From SAR324 cluster bacterium (lineage in GTDB: Bacteria > SAR324 > NAC60-12): a stretch of 64,000 nt of DNA. The DNA is taken from positions 94,600-158,599 of the forward strand of contig JADFZZ010000006.1 of NCBI GenBank assembly GCA_015232315.1. The letters are read 5' to 3'. The position numbers and the translations under genes were made by a program. The notes under the pieces were generated by a model. The model ran no database searches. It saw only the letters and a program-made list of their open reading frames with translations, and had not been told where the DNA came from. This document shows, piece by piece, positions 47,251-56,667 of the stretch. Position 1 is the stretch's first letter. Every line of letters starts with the position of its first letter.

Positions 47251-49545
47251 TTATGATTGTCTGCGAAGATCATATTTCTTGCGTGTTTCCTGGTTAGACA
47301 ACACTTCATACGCATTTTTAATCTGTAGTGTCATCTGCTCTGCCTGCTGTTTTACCCATTCAAAATCCGAACTTTGATGACGATCAGGATGATACTCTTT
47401 CAGTTTTTTATAGAAAGCTTTTTTAATGTCATCTGCACTGGCAGATTTTGGAACTCCGAGAATTTCATAGTAATCAGGTTTAATGCTTTCTGAATTCTTT
47501 TCCATTTTCGGGGGAGGATCTTCTTTTTTTTGTTCCTGCTGTTGTTTTTCAAATTTAAAACTCCGGAGAGTCTGCAAAATAAACAAAGTTTGTGAGGTGA
47601 GTTGATTATAATTTGCGTTGGGAGATGACGCTTTTTTTTGAATAATGCGTAATTCAGCCTCGAAATCCAGGAACTGTGTGCCATATTTTTGATGAATGTC
47701 CGCTTTTTGTGCCAGTTTAAGAAATTCCATGGTTTTGGACCAAGTCTCCTCATAGTGTTTAGGATTACCAAGGGGTTTTTGTGAGGTCGCTTGTTGTTGT
47801 TTAATTTTTGTATGCAATGGCGGTTTGAGTTTGGGTTCATCGTCATCCGGCTCCATTTTGAACCGGTGTATCCACAAATGTCGGGATCGATAGGCAAATA
47901 TTCCTGCTCCTGCAAGGATTGAAAGTGCCACCATAGTGGTCAAAATATCCCATGCAAGATTTTGCTGGTCATGGGTTTCCACCTCATCAAGCAATGAAAG
48001 AGCCTGAGGGTGTTCAGGTGCGAGTTTCAGCGCATCATTGAGCAAATTTTTTGCCACAGTCCAGTTGCTGGAACGCATCCACTTTTGAGCACTCTGGATT
48101 TTCAGTTCAATTTGTGATTCTTTTTCAATGAACTCAATTTGTTGCCTGGCCTCACTGTAAAACTTACTTTGTTCCGGTACCTGTTGAAATAATTGAATTG
48201 CCTGCTGGGAATCGGCGTTCTTCATGGCTGTTTGAGCCTGTTCCATTAAAATCTGATCCTGATGCTCTTTAATTCGTTGAAGTGCGTCCATCGCTTCAGG
48301 ATGTTGAGGGGATAGAACCAGAATATCATCAACCCAACGTTGGGCTTCCTGCCATTGTCCTGCGATTTCAGCCGCATTGAGGCTGTCCAGTAAGGATGAT
48401 AATTGGTTGTTGGTCAAGGTTGTTGCGGGAATAGGCAGAATGTCAGGAAGTTCATCCAGATGGTTACGGTATCTCCGGGCTGTTTCATTGGCGCCCGCTA
48501 ATTGAAGTTTCCGAATATAATCTTTGGGATCTTCATGTGTGACTGTGGAAGATACCACCATTTTTTGCTCAGGTGTAACGGTCACAATATATTTTCCTGT
48601 TGGACTCACAGCCAGAGCATTGGCGTGCGCCAAAGCCAGTTTATTCAAAATCTGCCCATCTTTTTTGATAATATAAGCAGAAAATTCATTGGATTTATTC
48701 CTGGTTGTGATCACCATGATTTTATCGTCATAAACAGGATACAGTCCCAAAGCCTGCTCATCTTTCAGATTGGCTGAAATCTGATGGATTTTAATTCTAC
48801 TTTTCACATGTCCCCATACAAGATTGTTTTCACTATCGAGGGACAGCAGAATATTTGGGCGCACAAAGTAAGCGCCAACGACAGGAAAATGATGATAATC
48901 AATTTCTGCCAGTTTGTCTGATTGATAGGGGGCGTAGGTTAGAATTCGGTTGTTATGGGGAAAGAACACGGCCAATAGTTGTTGTTCCGGAGAATAAGCA
49001 AATCCGGAAGCTGGCATTTCACTTTTTAAAATTACACGTGATTGCGGTGTGTTTGTCTGGAGTTCATGAAAATTCAAGTCATCAATCCACCTCAGTGATT
49101 TATCAGGAAAATTGAAAGACGGGCGGGCTATGTGGGATCCCTGATACTCAAAAACTTGATGACTAACTGGATCAACAGGCTGGGAAGAAACAGAAATCGC
49201 ATCGATGTTCCATATCTGGATCTTGTTTTGATGAGCCAATACCAGTTGCTGTAGATAGGGAGCAAAAGTTAAAAACTGAAAATTTTCACCACGGGATTTG
49301 AAATGAGAAATTTCTTTAGCGGTTTGGCGATCATAAAGATATATTTCGGTCTTGCCATTGATGACCAGTCCTGCGGCTATAAGCGACTCATCATAGCTGA
49401 TCGCAAGCGAAGCAGAAGCAGGTAATTTGATCTCCTGAACTGTCTGGAGAAAAGTTGTCGGGGTTTCCGCTGTTGTGGACATGGCCGATAACAAGCAAAG
49501 TCCAATAGCGGTAATCCATGAGAACACATATTTATTGAGAGACAT
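47251..49545 (-). CDS. Membrane-anchored beta-propeller + TPR + DnaJ-domain protein
   Basis: Signal peptide from ATG 49545 (MSLNKYVFSW...); WD40-like repeats; TPR helices; TM (ILTTMVALSILAGAGIFAY); J-domain DYYEILGV...EYHPDRH...AYEVLS. Confidence 0.82.
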   Translation of the reverse strand: MSLNKYVFSWITAIGLCLLSAMSTTAETPTTFLQTVQEIKLPASASLAISYDESLIAAGLVINGKTEIYLYDRQTAKEISHFKSRGENFQFLTFAPYLQQLVLAHQNKIQIWNIDAISVSSQPVDPVSHQVFEYQGSHIARPSFNFPDKSLRWIDDLNFHELQTNTPQSRVILKSEMPASGFAYSPEQQLLAVFFPHNNRILTYAPYQSDKLAEIDYHHFPVVGAYFVRPNILLSLDSENNLVWGHVKSRIKIHQISANLKDEQALGLYPVYDDKIMVITTRNKSNEFSAYIIKKDGQILNKLALAHANALAVSPTGKYIVTVTPEQKMVVSSTVTHEDPKDYIRKLQLAGANETARRYRNHLDELPDILPIPATTLTNNQLSSLLDSLNAAEIAGQWQEAQRWVDDILVLSPQHPEAMDALQRIKEHQDQILMEQAQTAMKNADSQQAIQLFQQVPEQSKFYSEARQQIEFIEKESQIELKIQSAQKWMRSSNWTVAKNLLNDALKLAPEHPQALSLLDEVETHDQQNLAWDILTTMVALSILAGAGIFAYRSRHLWIHRFKMEPDDDEPKLKPPLHTKIKQQQATSQKPLGNPKHYEETWSKTMEFLKLAQKADIHQKYGTQFLDFEAELRIIQKKASSPNANYNQLTSQTLFILQTLRSFKFEKQQQEQKKEDPPPKMEKNSESIKPDYYEILGVPKSASADDIKKAFYKKLKEYHPDRHQSSDFEWVKQQAEQMTLQIKNAYEVLSNQETRKKYDLRRQS

Positions 49546-49555
49546 AAGGCCATTG

Positions 49556-50494
49556 TTATGTACTGCTGAGAATGCGATCAAAATAAGCAATGGTGTGTTT
49601 CAAGCCCTCATCCAGAGAAACTATTGGTTCCCAGCCAAGTTCTTTTTTTGCGAGGGAAATATCAGGTTTCCTTCGCGTCGGGTCATCCTGACGCCGGTCA
49701 ATTTGTTCAATCACAGATTTTGAATTGGTCAAGTTGATGACTTTTCGGGCCAATTCCATCATAGTGAATTCTCCAGGATTACCGATATTGACAGGTCCAG
49801 TAAAATTGTCCTTGTTCATCATGCGCATGATAACTTCTACCAGATCAGAAACATATGAAAAAGATCGAGTTTGTTCACCATCACCGTGAAGCACCAAAGG
49901 TTGCCCTTTCAAGGCGGCAACAATAAAATTACTGACGACCCTGCCATCTTCAAGATGCATACGTGGACCATAAGTGTTAAAAATACGGACAATTTTTGTA
50001 TCCACATGATTTTGTCGATGATAATCCATCATAAGAGTTTCTGCGACTCTCTTCCCTTCGTCATAACAACTCCTGATTCCAATGGGATTGACAGACCCCC
50101 AGTAGTTTTCAGTTTGGGGATGGATTTCTGGATCTCCATAAATTTCTGATGTGGATGCTTGAAGTATCCTGGCTTTTACCCGTTTAGCGAGTCCAAGCAT
50201 ATTGATTGCACCCATGATGCTGGTTTTAATCGTTTTGACGGGATTGTATTGGTAATGTACGGGTGACGCCGGGCATGCAAAATTAAAGATCCAGTCAACT
50301 TCCAACAGAATTGGTTCAACCACATCATGACGAATCAGTTCAAATTGGGGGTTGTCGAGCAAGTGAGCGATGTTTCGTTTTTGTCCTGTGTAAAAATTAT
50401 CCAGGCAAATCACTTCATGCCCATCGTCAATTAAGCGGTCACATAAAAATGATCCGATAAATCCCGCACCACCAGTGACTAATACGCGTTTCAT
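49556..50494 (-). CDS. uxs: UDP-glucuronate decarboxylase (UDP-xylose synthase)
   Basis: [56 protein letters not shown]. Confidence 0.93.
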   Translation of the reverse strand: MKRVLVTGGAGFIGSFLCDRLIDDGHEVICLDNFYTGQKRNIAHLLDNPQFELIRHDVVEPILLEVDWIFNFACPASPVHYQYNPVKTIKTSIMGAINMLGLAKRVKARILQASTSEIYGDPEIHPQTENYWGSVNPIGIRSCYDEGKRVAETLMMDYHRQNHVDTKIVRIFNTYGPRMHLEDGRVVSNFIVAALKGQPLVLHGDGEQTRSFSYVSDLVEVIMRMMNKDNFTGPVNIGNPGEFTMMELARKVINLTNSKSVIEQIDRRQDDPTRRKPDISLAKKELGWEPIVSLDEGLKHTIAYFDRILSST

Positions 50495-50766
50495 AGTAAA
50501 CCTTGAAAAATAGTTGAAAGATTAATCCGTTAATTCATTTACTGAGCCAACTCGTGTTGTAATTGCTATTTGCCAAGGAGGATCTTGAATAAATACAGAT
50601 TAATGCTTGAAGTTGTTTCATTTTCAATAATGAAAAAACGGAAATATTCCGGAAGGTCAGACGACCTTGTCGATCTGTTGATGAAATGATTTTGGGAAAA
50701 GCAATGATCCATAGGCAAAAAAATCCACCATGCAGAGCTGTTTGCGATAGTTCATAGGCCTGATAA

Positions 50767-51939
50767 TCAATTCTTCCGGAGTTCATCCAGGTTAAACCAG
50801 ACGGTGTCCAGATCTTTATGAACCCGGTATACCCATGATTCTCCCCAGTAAAGATAACAACTGGTTTCTGCTTTGAGCAAATGCCACATGGCTTCTTCCA
50901 TCTGATACTGTCGATGGGGATCTTGGAGTTTATCACCAAGGACCTCTTTGAGGTAATATAAAGTCGCGCTAGTGTCATGAATTCGTCTTAACGCGTCTTT
51001 TTGTGCTTCAGATCCAGTCCATTGGACAAAACCAATTCCACTATGTTCTCCAGTATTCCATGAGCCAGAATGAACACGCACTTCTCCCCACCAACCATGC
51101 TGATTGATGTATTCATGAATAAAAATCGGTTTGGCTGGTGCCGTTCCCAGACGCACATTGTTTAGAAACTCAAGGTAAAAAGAATTCCAGAAATTGGCGG
51201 AATTGGCTGCGTTTCTGAACCATTCTCCATTTTCTCCATCAGTGCAAGTTACCACCAACGACGGGAAATCACACCATTGGGTTCGTTCCTGGAGTTCATG
51301 GGCAAACCATTCATAATTCATCCCTGATTCCTGAGCCTTAGACAAATCACGATCCCGGACAACAACGATAATTTCATCCTGTCCATAACGGGCAATATGG
51401 GGACGATATCGTAATTCTTCCCATTTCATTGGATGAAGGGGTTCAACATGTTCGCAGTCCACCAGGACATATTGGTAGCCAAAATGTTTGAGCAACGGGA
51501 TCATTTCCATACAAAAGCCCATTTCAGGGGGCCAAAATCCGGGGAAATAATTTCGGAAAAAAATATGTTTGGCCAGCCCGATCCATCTCAACAGATGCTC
51601 TTCACGGTCTTTGGAAGGAATAAGCGGAAGTACAGGGTGATAATAGGCATTTCCTAAAATTTGAATAATTTTTTCATTTTGAAGAAACCACAGAAGATCA
51701 CCACATTTGATGGTGTTATACACAAGATCTTGAAATTGCCGATTCGCTAAAGTTTCCAACAAGGTACCGGACATTGCCAGATGCACACGGGCAACATCCT
51801 CGAAGGCCCATAAGGTCCTTGGGATACGATCCAGCGCATACAAAATATCTTTTGCTTCCCATGGCTGGTTTTCCCATAAATCTTCCAAGTTTCTAGTTGG
51901 TTGATGTAAATTAAGAACTAGTCCATGATAATGTTCCAT
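50767..51939 (-). CDS. Glycoside hydrolase family 57 protein
   Basis: NLHQP, YYHPVLPLI, GFWPPEM (nucleophile Glu), TDGENG (acid/base Asp), AETSCYLYWG. Confidence 0.9.
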   Translation of the reverse strand: MEHYHGLVLNLHQPTRNLEDLWENQPWEAKDILYALDRIPRTLWAFEDVARVHLAMSGTLLETLANRQFQDLVYNTIKCGDLLWFLQNEKIIQILGNAYYHPVLPLIPSKDREEHLLRWIGLAKHIFFRNYFPGFWPPEMGFCMEMIPLLKHFGYQYVLVDCEHVEPLHPMKWEELRYRPHIARYGQDEIIVVVRDRDLSKAQESGMNYEWFAHELQERTQWCDFPSLVVTCTDGENGEWFRNAANSANFWNSFYLEFLNNVRLGTAPAKPIFIHEYINQHGWWGEVRVHSGSWNTGEHSGIGFVQWTGSEAQKDALRRIHDTSATLYYLKEVLGDKLQDPHRQYQMEEAMWHLLKAETSCYLYWGESWVYRVHKDLDTVWFNLDELRKN

Positions 51940-52083
51940 AAAAGACCTTCCTTTTTACCTGGCGAAATGTTAATCATCCCAATGATTTGAAAAGCATCTA
52001 ACTCTGACAATCACTATTTTTCAAACCAAAAATTTATAGTGCTGTTTATTAATTCACATAGTCTGAATGATTTGTGAGGTTTT

Positions 52084-53556
52084 ATGTATATTGTCATGAT
52101 TGCGTCTGAATGTGCTCCTGTTGCTAAAATTGGGGGTTTAGGTGATGTTGTGTATGGATTAAGCCGCGAAATGGAATTGCGAGGCAATACAGTCGAAATT
52201 ATCCTGCCAAAATATGATTGCATACAATATGAACATATTGGGGAGATGAAAATTGATCACCAGGATCTTTGGGTTCCCTGGTATGATGGGGCCATACATT
52301 GTACAGTATGGAGTGGATATGTTCATGGTCGGAAATGTTATTTTATTGAACCTCATTCTTCGGACCATTTTTTTGATCGGGGTGCTTTTTATGGCTTTGC
52401 GGATGAGGCGATGAGATTTGCGTTTTTCAGCAAAGCATCCTTGGAGTTTCTCTTGAAATCAAATAAACGTCCTGACATCATTCATTGTCATGATTGGCAG
52501 ACAGGATTGGTACCTGTCATGCTATTTGAAATCTATAAATATCATGGTTTGTCTAATCAAAGAGTTTGTTACACAATTCATAATTTCAAGCACCAGGGAA
52601 TAGTCGGTTCTGAAATTTTACGGGCGACAGGTTTGAACCATGAAGCCTATTATTATGATTATGAGCGCCTCAGAGATAATTTTAATGCCAATGCAATCAA
52701 TTTTATGAAGGGGGGAATTGTCTATTCCAATTTTATTACCACCGTATCTCCTCAGCATGCATGGGAATCTCAGTATACGGATCAGGGACACGGAATGGGC
52801 CACACTATTCATGTGCATCGTCACAAATTTGGCGGGATTCTAAACGGATTGGATTATGAAGTCTGGAATCCTGAAAGTGATCCGCATATTCCATTTCATT
52901 ACTCAATGAACGATGTGGAACTAAAATATAAAAACAAGGAGGCATTGCGCCGAAGAATGATGCTGAAAGATGGTTACAAGCCGATTGTGGCGTATGTCGG
53001 TCGTCTGGATACTCAGAAGGGGGTTCATCTTATCAGGCATGGTGCCTTTTATTCCTTATGGAAAGGGGTTCAGTTTGTATTGCTGGGCGTGAGTCCTGAG
53101 TTGGGCATCAATGATCACTTCTGGCATCTCAAAACATATTTGAACGACAATCCCGACTGTCATTTTGAAATAGGGTTTGATGAGCAGTTGGCTCATTTGA
53201 TATATGCGGGAGCTGATATGATCATTGTGCCCAGCATTTATGAACCCTGTGGCCTGACACAGATGATCGCACTGCGTTATGGCACGGTTCCTATTGTGCG
53301 AGCCGTTGGTGGATTGGTGGATACTGTGTTTGACAGGGATTATTCCTATAAGCAACCTGCGGAACGTAACGGCTATTTGTTTGAACATCCTGATTTTGAA
53401 GGGTTGGAATCAGCCCTGAACCGGGCTATTGGATTGTGGTATTCCTGCCCGGAAGACTTCAGATATCTGATGCAGAATGGGATGCGTTATGATTATTCAT
53501 GGAATCATTCAGGTCAGCATTACCAGAATATTTATAATTATATATGTCACAAATAA
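52084..53556 (+). CDS. glgA: Glycogen synthase (GT5)
   Basis: ECAPVAKIGGLGDV, HCHDWQ, TIHN, GILNG, RLDTQKG, PSIYEPCGLTQMIALRYG. Confidence 0.96.
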   Translation: MYIVMIASECAPVAKIGGLGDVVYGLSREMELRGNTVEIILPKYDCIQYEHIGEMKIDHQDLWVPWYDGAIHCTVWSGYVHGRKCYFIEPHSSDHFFDRGAFYGFADEAMRFAFFSKASLEFLLKSNKRPDIIHCHDWQTGLVPVMLFEIYKYHGLSNQRVCYTIHNFKHQGIVGSEILRATGLNHEAYYYDYERLRDNFNANAINFMKGGIVYSNFITTVSPQHAWESQYTDQGHGMGHTIHVHRHKFGGILNGLDYEVWNPESDPHIPFHYSMNDVELKYKNKEALRRRMMLKDGYKPIVAYVGRLDTQKGVHLIRHGAFYSLWKGVQFVLLGVSPELGINDHFWHLKTYLNDNPDCHFEIGFDEQLAHLIYAGADMIIVPSIYEPCGLTQMIALRYGTVPIVRAVGGLVDTVFDRDYSYKQPAERNGYLFEHPDFEGLESALNRAIGLWYSCPEDFRYLMQNGMRYDYSWNHSGQHYQNIYNYICHK

Positions 53557-55037
53557 TCGTAGAGGAGGAAACCATGGCAGCTATTGAAGAATATGTAAAT
53601 AACCTTCCTAATATATCAGGACAGGAATCATTGGTGGAAGCATCAATCCAGCAAAGTAGAGGCAAAAAGCTGTTTGTGGACAAGGCCGGGATGAATTTTG
53701 AGCATTTAAAAAGTGTATTTGCGGTAGCGCTTCATATGCAACAGCCTTTAATTCCTGCTGGAGGGAACGATCTCAAGACCGCTGAAATTATCAGTAACCT
53801 TAAATATATGATGGACAATCAGCATCTTGGCGATAATCATAATGCCCCTGTTTTTCAATGGTGCTACAAACGAATGGGCGAAATAATTCCACAACTGATT
53901 TCAGAAGGAAAAAAACCAAGAGTCATGCTTGAATATACAGGCGTCCTCTTTCATGGACTGAGGAATATGGGTGCGCATGATGTGATTGATGCCTTGAAAA
54001 CAATTACATGTCGGCCTGAATATCAGGACTGTGTGGAATGGTTGGGATGCCCATGGGGACATGCCGTGGCTCCTTCGACTCCTGTCCAGGATTTTCGTCT
54101 GCATGTAAAAGCCTGGCAGCATCATTTTGCCGCCATTTTTGGTTTTGAAGCATTGGAACGGGTAAGAGGGTTTTCTCCTTCGGAAATGGCTCTGCCCAAT
54201 CATCCTGATGTGGCCTATGAATTTGTGAAAACGCTCAAGGATTGTGGGTATCAATGGGTTCTGGTTCAGGAGCATACTGTAGAAATGGCAGAAAATGGAG
54301 GGGGTATTCAACAGAAACATCTTCCACATCAACTTGTTTGTAAAAATTCAAAAGGTGATTCTGCCAGTATCATCGCCATCATCAAAACACAGGGGAGTGA
54401 CACCAAACTGGTTGCGCAAATGCAACCTTATTATGAGGCAAAAAGCCTGAATCAATGGCAGTTGTGCGGCAAATCAATTCCTCCACTGGTTACTCAGATT
54501 GCGGATGGTGAAAATGGGGGGGTGATGATGAATGAGTTTCCATCAAAGTATATTGAGGTGATCCGGGAATGTTCCCATTCACAGGTTCCGGCAATGAACG
54601 TGAGTGAATATCTGGAATATTTATTCGGGATGGGGATTAAAGAACAGGACTTACCCAAAATCCAACCGGTGATGCAACATCATATCTGGGCACGTTTTAC
54701 CCCTGGTAATGGTGCCGACCGCCTAAGAGAGGTGATTGAAGCATTGAAAAAAGAGGACCAGCGGTTTCATATGGATGGTGGAAGCTGGACCAATAATATT
54801 TCATGGGTACATGGATATGACAATGTGTTGGGGCCTATGGAGCAGGTGAGTTCTCTCTTTTTTGAAAAAGTATTGAAAACTTCAGTTTCCACCAATTCTC
54901 ATGCCTATCGAAATGCCCTGTTTCATTTGTTGTCCTCGCAAACCAGTTGTTATCGATATTGGGGACAGGGACTATGGACAGACTATGGACAGGAAATTTG
55001 CAGAAGGGCTATTGAGATCCTGAATCATGATTTCTGA
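53544..55037 (+). CDS. Glycoside hydrolase family 57-like protein
   Basis: LHMQQP, GFSPSEMAL, IADGENGG, GGSWT, QTSCYRYWG. The start may be ATG 53574 after GAGGAGG. Confidence 0.85.
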   Translation: MSQIIVEEETMAAIEEYVNNLPNISGQESLVEASIQQSRGKKLFVDKAGMNFEHLKSVFAVALHMQQPLIPAGGNDLKTAEIISNLKYMMDNQHLGDNHNAPVFQWCYKRMGEIIPQLISEGKKPRVMLEYTGVLFHGLRNMGAHDVIDALKTITCRPEYQDCVEWLGCPWGHAVAPSTPVQDFRLHVKAWQHHFAAIFGFEALERVRGFSPSEMALPNHPDVAYEFVKTLKDCGYQWVLVQEHTVEMAENGGGIQQKHLPHQLVCKNSKGDSASIIAIIKTQGSDTKLVAQMQPYYEAKSLNQWQLCGKSIPPLVTQIADGENGGVMMNEFPSKYIEVIRECSHSQVPAMNVSEYLEYLFGMGIKEQDLPKIQPVMQHHIWARFTPGNGADRLREVIEALKKEDQRFHMDGGSWTNNISWVHGYDNVLGPMEQVSSLFFEKVLKTSVSTNSHAYRNALFHLLSSQTSCYRYWGQGLWTDYGQEICRRAIEILNHDF

Positions 55038-55927
55038 AAGGCTGTGACAGGAAGTTTTTTTTCAAAAATAACGCAATTCCCTTTTTCGTTCCATCGCAGA
55101 GAGTCTGTCATGGAACGGACTAAATAAAGCCCTTTTCCAGAACTGGCCAGTAGAATTGTCGGATCTGTGAGGTCTGGTAATTTTGAGGTGTTAAATCCGT
55201 TGCCTTCATCTTCAATCTCAAATACAAATCGATCGCTCATTAAAAGATATCGAATCAAGACCTTTTTGTTTGCGTACTCTGGTAGCAGTTCCCGTTCTTT
55301 TTTTAAGCGGTTATATTCATCCCAGTTGTCTTCTTTGACTTGAGATGACAATCCGAAATTTCCATGCATGATCGCATTCGTAATGCATTCCGTCAGACAT
55401 AACACCAAATTGAAATCATGCATCTTGTAGCATTTGATCAAGGGCTCAATCCTGGCTTCAAAGTATGCAATAATGCGATAAGCCAGATTCATTTGACTGG
55501 GAATTTCCATTTGAGTCTGATCCTGGATCAAATAATTAATGGCATTATGAACCAGTTTTTTTCCATTGATTTTATCGGAAACTTTTTCAAGGGAATCAGC
55601 GAGAGCTTTGATTTTGAAAGGTTTGAGAATAAAATCTTCAGCACCCAGTTTAAGGGCTTCTATGGAAAGGTTGATGTCCCCGTGACCTGTGATGAACATG
55701 ACTGATAAATCAGCATAGTCCTGTCGGAGTTTTTTGATAAACTCAATACCACTCATGACAGGCATTTTAATATCTGTAAGTACCAGCTCTACTGTATCCG
55801 TTTGAAGATACTTAAGTCCTTCCATAGCATTTCCTGCCTGAATTACATGATGATGATAACGATCAGTCAATGCTGTTGCCAGCATTTGACGAAAGCTGTC
55901 TTCATCATCAACAAGCAGAATCTTCAT
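55025..55927 (-). CDS. Response regulator receiver fused to RsbW/SpoIIAB-like HATPase (anti-sigma Ser kinase)
   Basis: LLVDDE, TDIKMP, ITGHG, KPF; ECITNAIMHGN, EDEGNGF, SGKGL. Confidence 0.88.
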   Translation of the reverse strand: MKILLVDDEDSFRQMLATALTDRYHHHVIQAGNAMEGLKYLQTDTVELVLTDIKMPVMSGIEFIKKLRQDYADLSVMFITGHGDINLSIEALKLGAEDFILKPFKIKALADSLEKVSDKINGKKLVHNAINYLIQDQTQMEIPSQMNLAYRIIAYFEARIEPLIKCYKMHDFNLVLCLTECITNAIMHGNFGLSSQVKEDNWDEYNRLKKERELLPEYANKKVLIRYLLMSDRFVFEIEDEGNGFNTSKLPDLTDPTILLASSGKGLYLVRSMTDSLRWNEKGNCVIFEKKLPVTAFQKS

Positions 55928-56307
55928 TCTTCACCTCTTGTGAAGATCAGTCCGTTATCCAGTGTGTCGAAGATACTCAAGATTTTATCAAGGCCCAGCA
56001 TATTGAGAATCCGGGATGTTTTATTATTAAGCTGGCAAAGTGCATATTTTTTGTTGGAATCCTTGGTTTTTTTAAACGCAAAAACAAGAACAGCGATTCC
56101 ATTAGAATCAATGTTTGTCATTTCCTCACAATCCAGCAATATGCTTTTGATTGTAGAATCCTGAAGAATTTTGATTAAATATCCTTTAAATTCATCACCT
56201 TTTTCCAGAGCCAGATGCCCTTTGATTTTGACTACACAACAGTCATTATTCATATAATGTGAAACTTCAAATTCCATAAAACCTCCTGAGTATGAATAAG
56301 AATACAT
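55924..56307 (-). CDS. STAS-domain anti-sigma factor antagonist
   Basis: VVKIKGHL, LLDCEEMTNIDSNG (phospho-acceptor Ser position kept), LGLDKILSIF. The start may be ATG 56277 after CAGGAGG. Confidence 0.88.
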   Translation of the reverse strand: MYSYSYSGGFMEFEVSHYMNNDCCVVKIKGHLALEKGDEFKGYLIKILQDSTIKSILLDCEEMTNIDSNGIAVLVFAFKKTKDSNKKYALCQLNNKTSRILNMLGLDKILSIFDTLDNGLIFTRGEE

Positions 56308-56667
56308 CTAGACTACAGAAAAATGAAAGCATCAGTCAAAATAATTCTCTCATGATCAATAAACTTTAGTTGATGGCTGAGAAAAAACATTGTTTTTCCG
56401 TTGGAAATGACAACTCTCCGCAGGTTTATAATTAACTTGTGAACCTAAAATATGTTGAGTAAGTTCTGGTTTCAAGGGGTTTAATAAAATAACGTATTAA
56501 CATATTGTAATTGTTTATTATTAAAAATGTTAAATGTTTTTTTTGAGGAGTCTCTGGTGAAGGAGTATCACAAAATAAATGAATAAAAAATTGTAAGTGA
56601 TATGCAATAAAGAGGGGGGCCTGATGCTAGAGGCACTCAATCCTATAATTTTCTAAAAAGGAACGCA

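Noticed and set aside
50535..50978. 147-aa minus-strand ORF overlapping the GH57 3' end
   Set aside because: Alternate-frame overlap with no recognisable motif, and no slippery site identified to suggest frameshifting.
56556..56572. GGTGA-N7-TCACA CRP-like site upstream of the PPIase pair
   Set aside because: The spacer is 7 rather than 6 and the left half-site is imperfect.
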